The position numbers and the translations under genes were made by a program. 64,000 nt of DNA from Chromatiales bacterium (GTDB lineage Bacteria > Pseudomonadota > Gammaproteobacteria > JAGRGH01), in the NCBI GenBank assembly GCA_020445605.1, contig JAGRGH010000037.1, forward strand, positions 108,354-172,353, given 5' to 3'. Positions 37,538 to 45,911 of the stretch are shown piece after piece. The notes below the pieces were generated by a model, which did no database searches, had not been told where the DNA came from, and saw only the letters and a list, made by a program, of their open reading frames with translations. Position 1 is the stretch's first letter, and each line of letters starts with the position of its first letter.

Positions 37538-37719
37538 CTTGGGCCTGAAATTCCCGCGCCTTGCGGCCCGGGCCGCCTGCGCGGATCAGAGCTTTCCGCG
37601 GCACGGGGAAGTGCCGCCACAACGACGGCTGCAAGCCGTTGAGAATGAAAGAAAACGAAAAATCACATTTCTTTGTTTTCGGTGCTCTGGCAATCCGGGG
37701 CAGACTGAACAGGCCCTAA
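37538..37719 (-). repeat. short degenerate copy (C) of the multi-hairpin element
   Basis: On the minus strand it starts TTAGGGCCTGTTCAGTCTGCCCC (compare copy A, CTAGGGCCTGTTCAC...CTGCCCC). The other end, CTTGGGCCTGAAA, is a degenerate TIR. Internal landmarks (CCGCCACAACGACGGC, a GAAAACGAAAAA hairpin) are collinear with copy A in reverse orientation. Confidence 0.5.
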
Positions 37720-38573
37720 TTCAGCCGCGCAACGCTGTGCTTGAGATTCGCCACCCGCTGGCGAATCTCGGTGTGATCGCCAATGTCGTGGGATACCAGC
37801 AGATAGCGTTCGTAGTCCGCGAGTGCCGCACGGGCACATTCCATCTGCTCGTAGATGACACCGCGGTCGCGGATCTCGATCGGCAGGTCCGGCGTGAGCG
37901 CGAAGATCATTGTGCTGATTTCCAGCGCCTTGCCGTAGAGGTGCTGGTGGAAATAGATGCCCTTCAGGTTGCGCAGCCAGCGCAACAGCAGATCGCGTTT
38001 CGAACAGGCCCTCAGGAGATCCGGCAGCGTTTCCGGGTCGAACTCGGATTGACTCTCGTTTTCGCCGTCCTCGACGAGCAGGGCGATGAGGGCGTCGTCG
38101 TCCAGCATGCGTCCCTCGCCGAACGGATCGATGATGATCTCGCCGGCGGGTGATACATGTTTGACGAGAAAACGCTGCGGAAACGAGATCCCGGCCAGCG
38201 GCAGTCCGAGTCGCATGCCGACTTCTAGATAGACGAGCGAAAGCGAGATCGGGATCCCTTCGCGCCGATCCAGCACCTCGTTCAGATAGCTGTTGCGTGG
38301 ATCGTAATAGGCGTTCTGCGCGGGGTGAAATCCGTTTTCGCGAAACAGGTATCGCGACAGTGTCTGCACCTGCATGACCGGTGGCAGGGTGTCGCGAAAC
38401 ACCGGTGCGAGTCCGTCGGCGAGTCGGTCCAGCTCCGCGAGGTAGTGGGCCGGGTCGATCTCCGGGTATGCGTGCCGGGCGATTTCGAGCGCGGCGCGGG
38501 CCAGATCGATCTGCGCGTCCGCAGCGGCAACCACTTCGCGAAAGCCGTCCAAGGCCCGCTCGGCGGGCTTCAT
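37716..38573 (-). CDS. sirB1: SirB1/YchA-like transglutaminase-core plus TPR protein
   Basis: 285 aa. An N-terminal UPF0162-like region (...[26 protein letters not shown]...) is followed by C-terminal TPR-like helices. Confidence 0.72.
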   Translation of the reverse strand: MKPAERALDGFREVVAAADAQIDLARAALEIARHAYPEIDPAHYLAELDRLADGLAPVFRDTLPPVMQVQTLSRYLFRENGFHPAQNAYYDPRNSYLNEVLDRREGIPISLSLVYLEVGMRLGLPLAGISFPQRFLVKHVSPAGEIIIDPFGEGRMLDDDALIALLVEDGENESQSEFDPETLPDLLRACSKRDLLLRWLRNLKGIYFHQHLYGKALEISTMIFALTPDLPIEIRDRGVIYEQMECARAALADYERYLLVSHDIGDHTEIRQRVANLKHSVARLN

Positions 38574-40012
38574 TCGGCGGTGCTCGCGGCCGCGTCGCGG
38601 CTCAGGAATGCCGCGCCCGCGGTTGCCGGCGCGCGGTACCAGTCCAGCTTATCGCGCAGTTCGACCACGCGGCCGACGATCAGCAGGGTTGGTGGTTGCG
38701 GCCGGGTCTGTTCAATGACCCTCTCGAGCGTCCCGAGCGTGGCGACATGTACGCGCTGCGCCGGGGTCGTGCCCTGTTCGACGAGCGCGGCCGGCAGGTC
38801 GGCGGGTGCGCCATGGGCAATCAGCTGGCGCGCGATCTCGGCAATGCCGACCAGCCCCATGTAGAACACCACGGTCTGGTCGGGTTGCGCCAGCATCGGC
38901 CAGTTGAGTTCGATGCTGCCGTCCTTGCGATGCCCGGTGACGAAGCTGCACGACTGGGCATAGTCGCGGTGGGTCAGCGGGATGCCCGCATACGCCGCGC
39001 AGCCGCTGGCCGCGGTAATGCCCGGCACGACTTGGAACGGGATGCCTTCGCGGGCCAGCGTGTCGATCTCCTCGCCGCCGCGGCCAAAAATGAACGGGTC
39101 GCCGCCCTTGAGCCGCAGGACGCGCTTGCCCTCGCGGGCCAGGCGCACGAGCGTCGCGTTGATCTGCTCCTGGCGCATGGCGTGGTCCGAGCGTGCCTTT
39201 CCGACGTAGATGCGCTCGGCATCGCGCCGCACCATGTCCAGCACCGCGGGCGCGACCAGCCGGTCGTAGAGCACGACATCGGCCTGCTGCATCAGGCGGA
39301 AGGCCTTGAAGGTCAGCAAGTCCGGGTCGCCCGGGCCGCCGCCGACCAGGTAGACCTCACCGGTCTCCGGTCCTTCGCCGGCCGTACGGTCGATCGCGAG
39401 ATTGAGTTCGGCCTCGGCTTCGGCGTCGTGACCGGCGAACACGCGCTCGGCAATCGGTCCGCTCAGCACGCGCTCCCAGAAGTGGCGTCTGCGTGCGGGG
39501 TCGATGATTTTTGCGGCGACGTGTTCGCGGAACTTCCCGGCAAGTGTCGCCAGTCGTCCATAGGCGGCGGGGATCAGCGTCTCGAGGCGCGCGCGAATCT
39601 GACGCGCGAGCACCGGGGAGGCGCCGCCCGTGCCGACGGCGATGATGACCGGCGAGCGGTCGACGATCGACGGCACCGCCACGTCACCGGCTGCGACGTC
39701 GTCGACGACATTGACGGGAATCCCGCGCGCTTTGGCTTCTGCGGCGACCGTCCGGTTGACCCCGGCGTCGTCGGTCGCCGCGATGATCAGGCGGGCGCCG
39801 TCGAGGTCGCCCGACGCATACGGCCGCGGCAACAGTTCAATCTGGCCCTCGGCGGCACACTGGCGCAGGCCCGGGTGCGGATCGGGGCCAATCACGATAA
39901 TTCGCGCCCGCGCGCGGCGCAGCAATGCGCACTTGCGGGTTGCGACCGCGCCGGCGCCGACCACCACGCAGCGGCGATCGCGCAGATCGAGAAAAACCGG
40001 GAAAAAATCCAA
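38570..40012 (-). CDS. cysG: siroheme synthase (precorrin-2 dehydrogenase/ferrochelatase plus uroporphyrinogen-III C-methyltransferase)
   Basis: 480 aa. It has an N-terminal Rossmann motif ([12 protein letters not shown]) and a C-terminal SUMT domain ([31 protein letters not shown]). Confidence 0.92.
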   Translation of the reverse strand: MDFFPVFLDLRDRRCVVVGAGAVATRKCALLRRARARIIVIGPDPHPGLRQCAAEGQIELLPRPYASGDLDGARLIIAATDDAGVNRTVAAEAKARGIPVNVVDDVAAGDVAVPSIVDRSPVIIAVGTGGASPVLARQIRARLETLIPAAYGRLATLAGKFREHVAAKIIDPARRRHFWERVLSGPIAERVFAGHDAEAEAELNLAIDRTAGEGPETGEVYLVGGGPGDPDLLTFKAFRLMQQADVVLYDRLVAPAVLDMVRRDAERIYVGKARSDHAMRQEQINATLVRLAREGKRVLRLKGGDPFIFGRGGEEIDTLAREGIPFQVVPGITAASGCAAYAGIPLTHRDYAQSCSFVTGHRKDGSIELNWPMLAQPDQTVVFYMGLVGIAEIARQLIAHGAPADLPAALVEQGTTPAQRVHVATLGTLERVIEQTRPQPPTLLIVGRVVELRDKLDWYRAPATAGAAFLSRDAAASTAE

Positions 40013-40121
40013 GGAATCAGACCGTTAAGGGTGGGGTTTCGGGCGGCAATCGCTTGTTATTTTAGCAAAGACTAATATACAATGGCGCCTATTGTAACGG
40101 CCCGTCCACCGAGGTCATCCG

Positions 40122-40460
40122 ATGTTCATCAAAGAGATCGATGCGCGCAGTCTGGCCGACCGCCTGAACGCGGGTGACGACCTCATGCTGATCGATGTCC
40201 GCAGCGGCCCGGAGGTCGCGCAGGGCATGATCGAGGGTGGCCAGCACGTGCCCATGCACCTGCTGCCGTTGCGCCTTGCCGATATCCCTCGCAACAAGGA
40301 CGTCGTGTTCTACTGCCGCAGCGGTGCGCGTTCCGCGCAGGTCTGCATGTGGCTCGGTCAGCAGGGTTTCGACAACGTCGTGAACCTGCGCGGCGGGGTG
40401 ATTGCCTGGGCGCGCGAGGGTCTGTCTTTCGTGTTGCCCGACCAGCGCATGTACGCCTGA
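40122..40460 (+). CDS. rhodanese-domain sulfurtransferase (GlpE-like)
   Basis: 112 aa. The active-site loop is FYCRSGARS. Confidence 0.85.
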   Translation: MFIKEIDARSLADRLNAGDDLMLIDVRSGPEVAQGMIEGGQHVPMHLLPLRLADIPRNKDVVFYCRSGARSAQVCMWLGQQGFDNVVNLRGGVIAWAREGLSFVLPDQRMYA

Positions 40461-40747
40461 CAGGTTCTCCGCCGTCGCTGCGCGGCGGAGGTCATCGCCC
40501 GCGGCGCGGTCTGTCCCCCGCGTTTGATCGACGTAGAGATCGGGCCAGTTTCGCGAATTTCCCAGCTATTTCCTGCCCGTTGAGCGGGCAAACCTTCCGG
40601 TCATCTGAAACCCTTTCCGCAGCATGCGGATTTCGCGCCCCGACCTGGTGCGTGGGCACGCCTTGCTCAATTTCTGCTTCGGTCGATCGCTCGACGTGCG
40701 ACTCAGGGACGCGCGCCCTTGCATTTCTGATCTAAACTAGCGTTTAA

Positions 40748-40765
40748 TTCAAACGTTCGTTTGAA
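40748..40765. promoter_or_regulatory. PsrA-type operator palindrome
   Basis: TTCAAACGttCGTTTGAA has perfect 8-bp arms. Its core, CAAAC-N4-GTTTG, matches the described Pseudomonas PsrA motif (G/C)AAAC-N2-4-GTTT(G/C). It lies 75 nt upstream of the TetR start and just downstream of a possible -35 TTGCAT (40719-24) / -10 TTTAAT (40743-48) pair. Confidence 0.55.
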
Positions 40766-40839
40766 ACGAGCGATTGAGCGCGGCGGTGGCGGTCTTGTGC
40801 GCCTGTGTCGGCCGCTCTGCTCCAGGGTGTGAACCACTG

Positions 40840-41514
40840 ATGTCGGATCTGTCCGCGACCAAGAACCGCATTCTCGATGCCGCCGAGGCCCTGTTCGCCG
40901 AGCAGGGAATCGGGCGCACCTCCCTGCGCCAGATCACGACGACGGCGGAGGTCAATCTTGCCGCCGTCAATTATCACTTCGGGTCCAAGGATGAACTGCT
41001 GGACGCCGTGTACGCGCGCCGCCTCAAGCCCATGAACGAGGAACGCCTGCGTCGGCTGGAAAGCCTTGAACATGCCGCGGGGGAGGCAGCCGTCGGTGTG
41101 GCGGAACTCATTGAAGCGTTCGTGGCCCCCGCGCTCGAACTGGTCCACGATCGAAGCCGCGGCGGCGCGCAGTTCATTCAACTGCTGGGGCGGACATTCA
41201 CCGAACCGCAATCGTCACGCCAGGAGGCGGTACGAAATCTCTACCAGCCAGTCATCAAACGTTTCCGGGCGGCATTTGCACGCGCGTTGCCCGACCTTCC
41301 TGACCACGAACTGTATTGGCGCATGCACTTCCTGGTTGGCACGCTGGCCTACTGCATGACCGGCTCCGACCTGATGCGGCTGATTGCGTCCTGCCGCATG
41401 TGCAACCCGCTCGATCATGACGAGATGACGCGCCGTCTCACCGAGTTTTTTGCCGCCGGGATGACTGCGCCCGCGCGGCCCGAACCCGTCCAGCTGCAAC
41501 GCCAGGTCGGCTGA
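40840..41514 (+). CDS. TetR-family transcriptional regulator (PsrA/FadR-like, fatty-acid responsive)
   Basis: Trimmed to the ATG at 40840. It has the N-terminal HTH (ILDAAEALFAEQGIGRTSLRQITTTAEVNLAAVNYHFGSKDEL) and heads a beta-oxidation operon. Confidence 0.85.
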   Translation: MSDLSATKNRILDAAEALFAEQGIGRTSLRQITTTAEVNLAAVNYHFGSKDELLDAVYARRLKPMNEERLRRLESLEHAAGEAAVGVAELIEAFVAPALELVHDRSRGGAQFIQLLGRTFTEPQSSRQEAVRNLYQPVIKRFRAAFARALPDLPDHELYWRMHFLVGTLAYCMTGSDLMRLIASCRMCNPLDHDEMTRRLTEFFAAGMTAPARPEPVQLQRQVG

Positions 41515-41545
41515 TCCGGTCCTGGTGTTCGAGGAGGATACGAAC

Positions 41546-43987
41546 ATGACGATTCTGTTCTGGCTCGCGATCTGGCTGATCGCGGTTTATCTCCTGTCCC
41601 GTACCCGTTTCGGGCTGCGCGCATGGACGGTCGGCGTGGGCGTGCTCTTGATCGTCGCGACTGCGCTGGGGCTGGCCCGCGGTATTCCCGGCGTGGTGGC
41701 CTGGGCCGCGTATGCCCTGCTGCTCGTGCCATTGAATATCGACATCCTGCGCCGCAACGCGCTGAGCGAGCCGATGATGCGTCGCATACGCGCCATGCTG
41801 CCGCCGATGTCGCAGACCGAACGCGACGCAATCGAGGCCGGCACCGTGGGTTGGGACGCAGAGCTGTTCAGCGGGCACCCGGACTGGAACCGGTTGTTCG
41901 CGACACCAGCCAGTTCGCTCAGCGCCGACGAGCAGGCATTCATCGACGGGCCGGTCGATGAACTCTGCGCGATGCTCGACGACTGGCAGATCACCGCCGA
42001 GCGCAACGATCTGCCACCCGAAGTCTGGACGTTCCTGAAGCGTAACCGCTTCTTCGGCATGATCATTCCGAAGGCCTATGGGGGCCTTGGTTTCAGCGCG
42101 CGCGCACATTCGGATGTGGTCATGAAGGTGTCCGCGCGAAGTGGCACCGCTGCCGTCACTGTGATGGTGCCGAACTCCCTTGGACCTGCGGAGCTGCTGC
42201 TACATTACGGCACGGAAGCACAGAAGAATCACTATCTGCCGCGGCTTGCGCGCGGCGAAGAAATCCCATGCTTTGCGCTGACCGGCCCGACCGCCGGTTC
42301 GGACGCCGCGTCAATGCCGGACTACGGCCTTGTGTGCAAGGGCGAGCACGACGGACGTGAAGTGCTTGGAATGCGCGTGACCTGGGAGAAGCGCTACATC
42401 ACGCTCGGACCGGTCGCGACCGTGCTGGGTCTGGCGTTCCGTGTGTACGACCCGGATCACCTGCTTGGCGAGCAGGAAGATCTCGGCATCACCTGTGCGC
42501 TCATCCCGACCTCGACGCCGGGTGTCGAGATCGGCGATCGGCACTACCCCTTGAACGCCGCGTTCCAGAACGGTCCCAATCGCGGTCAGGACGTGTTCGT
42601 GCCGATGGACTGGGTCATCGGCGGGCGCGAGCAGATCGGCAACGGCTGGCGCATGCTCATGGACAGCCTGTCGGCCGGTCGGGGTATTTCGCTGCCTTCG
42701 CTTGGCGCGGGTGCCGGCAAGTACGCTGCAATGACCTCCGGCGCGTATGCCGCAGTGCGCCGTCAGTTCAACGTGGCGATTGGCAAGTTCGAAGGGATCG
42801 AGGAACCGCTGGCCCGCATCGGCGGGCTCGCCTATGCGATGGATGCGGCACGGCTGTTGACGGTGGCCGTCCTGGATGCGGGCGAAAAGCCGTCGGTGAT
42901 TTCGGCGATCATGAAGTACAACAACACCGAAGGCATGCGTCAGGTGTTGAACGATGCAATGGACATTCATGGTGGCCGCGGCATCAGCATGGGCCCGCGC
43001 AACTATCTGGCGCGTGCGTATCAGCAGATCCCGATCTCGATCACCGTGGAAGGCGCGAACATTCTCACGCGTTCGCTGATCATCTTCGGGCAGGGCGCGA
43101 TGCGTTGCCATCCGTATCTGCTCAAGGAAATCGAGACCGCCACCGCTGGAAATGTCGCTGCATTCGACACCGCGCTTTGGGGCCATATCGGCCACGTGAT
43201 CCACAACAAGGCGCGTGCGTTTGTGTTCGGCATCAGCAACCTGTTCGCCGATTCGCCGGTCCGCGGTCCGACCGCCGGTTACTATCGTGCCGTCGAACGT
43301 TACAGCGCCGCGTTTGCGTTCCTCGCCGACAATGCGTTTCTTCTCCAGGGTGGCGAACTCAAGCGCCGCGAAAAACTCTCCGGCCGGTTCGCCGATGCAC
43401 TCGGTCAACTGTTTTACGTGACGGCCGTGCTGAAACGTTTCGAGGACACCGGTCGTCCGGCCGATGATCTGCCGCTGGTGCACTGGGCCGCGCGGGACGG
43501 GCTGTTGAAAATCGAGTCTGCGCTCGATGGCATACTCGACAACTTTCCCATGCGCTGGTACGGCCGCCTGCTGCGCATCGTGGTGTTTCCGCTCGGTCGG
43601 CGCCAGCGTCGCCCCGATGACCGGCTTGGTCACCAGGTGGCGAACCTGTTGCAGAAACCGGGTTCGGCGCGCGATCGCCTGCTGGCCGGGTTGTATGTCT
43701 CGACCGATCCGAATGACGTTACCGGTCGGCTGGAGAATGCGTACCGTCTGGTCATGGACGCCGCCGCGGCCGAGCACGCCCTGCGCGAGGCCGGGCACCG
43801 GCCGCGGACGCGCCTCGGCGCGGACGATGGTCTGGACGAATTCGTTGCCAAGGGTGTTGTGACCGCCGCACAGGTCGAACAGGTGCGTGCCGCGCGCGCG
43901 GCAGTCGCCGATGTCGTGCAGGTCGACGCCTTCGCGCCGGACACGTCGGCCGCGGCCGCGTCCGCGGCACGTGACGAGGCGGCCTGA
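41546..43987 (+). CDS. fadE: acyl-CoA dehydrogenase, large FadE type
   Basis: The ATG at 41546 follows a GAGGAGGA RBS. The protein is about 813 aa with N-terminal TM helices, an ACAD core and the long C-terminal domain seen in E. coli-type FadE. Confidence 0.9.
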   Translation: MTILFWLAIWLIAVYLLSRTRFGLRAWTVGVGVLLIVATALGLARGIPGVVAWAAYALLLVPLNIDILRRNALSEPMMRRIRAMLPPMSQTERDAIEAGTVGWDAELFSGHPDWNRLFATPASSLSADEQAFIDGPVDELCAMLDDWQITAERNDLPPEVWTFLKRNRFFGMIIPKAYGGLGFSARAHSDVVMKVSARSGTAAVTVMVPNSLGPAELLLHYGTEAQKNHYLPRLARGEEIPCFALTGPTAGSDAASMPDYGLVCKGEHDGREVLGMRVTWEKRYITLGPVATVLGLAFRVYDPDHLLGEQEDLGITCALIPTSTPGVEIGDRHYPLNAAFQNGPNRGQDVFVPMDWVIGGREQIGNGWRMLMDSLSAGRGISLPSLGAGAGKYAAMTSGAYAAVRRQFNVAIGKFEGIEEPLARIGGLAYAMDAARLLTVAVLDAGEKPSVISAIMKYNNTEGMRQVLNDAMDIHGGRGISMGPRNYLARAYQQIPISITVEGANILTRSLIIFGQGAMRCHPYLLKEIETATAGNVAAFDTALWGHIGHVIHNKARAFVFGISNLFADSPVRGPTAGYYRAVERYSAAFAFLADNAFLLQGGELKRREKLSGRFADALGQLFYVTAVLKRFEDTGRPADDLPLVHWAARDGLLKIESALDGILDNFPMRWYGRLLRIVVFPLGRRQRRPDDRLGHQVANLLQKPGSARDRLLAGLYVSTDPNDVTGRLENAYRLVMDAAAAEHALREAGHRPRTRLGADDGLDEFVAKGVVTAAQVEQVRAARAAVADVVQVDAFAPDTSAAAASAARDEAA

Positions 43988-44048
43988 TGCCGAGGACCGT
44001 GATCGCTGCTCGAATGCCTGTTTCCATCCGGCTTGCGTGCCCCCGTCC

Positions 44049-45887
44049 ATGACGAATTCCAACGTGTATCCGCCGGACGCTCTGGCTGGTCGCACCGACA
44101 TCGATGTCATCGACCGCGACGAAGCCCCCACGCTTGCCGCGTTGTTTCGCACCCGCGTGGCGCGCAGCGCCGAGCGGATTGCATACCGCGAGTACGATCC
44201 GGCGACCGGACACTGGGTCGGCTGGACCTGGAAGGCGGTCGCCGCGGAAGTCGCGCGCTGGCAGCGCGTGATCGAAGCGTATGGACTGTCACCGGGCGAT
44301 CGTCTGGGGCTGCGTCTGCGCACGCGTCTGAGCTGGGCGGTCATCGACCAGGCCGCACTCGGGCTCGGGCTGGTCGTCGTACCCCTGTATGTCGACGACC
44401 GCGGCGAGAACTGTGCCTATGTCGCCGAGCATTCCGGCATCCGGCTGCTGATTCTCGAACGCCACGAGCAGTGGCTTGAGATGCGCGGGGCGGACTGTGA
44501 GCTGGGGGCGATCGAGCGCGTGATTCTGCTCGACGAAGCGCCGCCGCCGGACGCCGATACCTGCGTGGTGCATGCGGCGGAGCTGCTGGGCGCCGATGCG
44601 CCCGGTGCGTTGATCACGCACCCCGGCGAGCCCGACGAGCTTGCGACCATCATGTACACCTCCGGTACCACCGGCCGGCCGAAGGGCGTGATGCTCACGC
44701 ACGGCAATCTGCTGTCGAATGCGCGCGATTCGCTGCACAGCGTGGCGGTATTTCCGACCGACTCGGCCCTGGCCTTCCTGCCGTGGTCGCATACGCTTGG
44801 CCGCACGACGGACTGTTATCTGGCGATGACCGGCGGTGTCGAGATCGCATTCTGTCGCTCGATTCCGGATCTGCCCGAAGACCTGCGCGCGATCCGACCG
44901 ACGATGATGGTGGCGGTGCCGCGCATCTTCGAGCGGGTCTACCAGCGGCTGACCGAGAAGCTGGACGCGGGCCCGCGCTACGCGCGCTGGCTGTTCGATC
45001 GCGCGGTGTCGGTCGGAACCCGGCGCTTCGAGCATCAACAGGGACGCGCGCCCTGGCGCTGGTCGCTCTTGCTGTGGCCGCTGCTGGACCGTCTGGTTGC
45101 ATCCAAGCTGCGCGCCGGCTTCGGCGGGCGCATCCGCCTGGCCGTGTCGGGTGGTGCGCCACTGCCGGTCCAGGTCGGTCGCGTATTCACGGCGCTGGGC
45201 ATCAATGTCCTGCAGGGGTACGGGCTCACTGAATCCAGCCCGGTGATCACGATCAATCCGATTCAGGACAACAAACCCGATAGCATCGGGCTGCCGATCC
45301 GCAACGTGGAGATTCGCATCGGCGAGGGCGGCGAGCTGCTCGCGCGCGGACCGAACATCATGCGCGGCTATTGGCGAAACGACGAAGCCACTGCGGCCGC
45401 GATTGATTCGGACGGCTGGCTGCACACGGGCGATACCGCACGCATCGATCCCGATGGACATGTGTACATCACCGGCCGCATCAAGGACATCATCGTGCTC
45501 GCCAACGGCGAAAAACTGCCGCCGGTGGACATGGAGGCCGCGATCGGTGAAGACCCGCTGATCACTCAGGTGCTCATCGTCGGCGAAGGGCGGCCGTATC
45601 TGAGCGCCATTCTGGTCCTGCATCGCGATCGCTGGACGCAGTTCGCCCGGCAGAACGGACTGGATGCGGATGACCCGAATGCAGAGAACGCCCGTGAGCA
45701 ACTCACAACGCGCGTCGCGGCGCGCATGCGCGCGTTTCCGGGTTATGCGCAGATCCATCAGGTGAGCGCGACCTTCGATGAATGGACGATCGACAATGGC
45801 CTGCTGACGCCGACGCTCAAGGTGAAGCGACCCAAGGCCATGGAGCGATACGCCGCGGAGATCGAGCAGATGTACGCGGGCCATTGA
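44049..45887 (+). CDS. long-chain fatty acid--CoA ligase (AMP-forming)
   Basis: Trimmed to the ATG at 44049. It has the AMP-binding motif MYTSGTTGRPKGV and also ...GYGLTESSP... and ...GWLHTGD.... Confidence 0.88.
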   Translation: MTNSNVYPPDALAGRTDIDVIDRDEAPTLAALFRTRVARSAERIAYREYDPATGHWVGWTWKAVAAEVARWQRVIEAYGLSPGDRLGLRLRTRLSWAVIDQAALGLGLVVVPLYVDDRGENCAYVAEHSGIRLLILERHEQWLEMRGADCELGAIERVILLDEAPPPDADTCVVHAAELLGADAPGALITHPGEPDELATIMYTSGTTGRPKGVMLTHGNLLSNARDSLHSVAVFPTDSALAFLPWSHTLGRTTDCYLAMTGGVEIAFCRSIPDLPEDLRAIRPTMMVAVPRIFERVYQRLTEKLDAGPRYARWLFDRAVSVGTRRFEHQQGRAPWRWSLLLWPLLDRLVASKLRAGFGGRIRLAVSGGAPLPVQVGRVFTALGINVLQGYGLTESSPVITINPIQDNKPDSIGLPIRNVEIRIGEGGELLARGPNIMRGYWRNDEATAAAIDSDGWLHTGDTARIDPDGHVYITGRIKDIIVLANGEKLPPVDMEAAIGEDPLITQVLIVGEGRPYLSAILVLHRDRWTQFARQNGLDADDPNAENAREQLTTRVAARMRAFPGYAQIHQVSATFDEWTIDNGLLTPTLKVKRPKAMERYAAEIEQMYAGH

Positions 45888-45911
45888 TCTATCGTTTTTG
45901 CGGGACACTTT

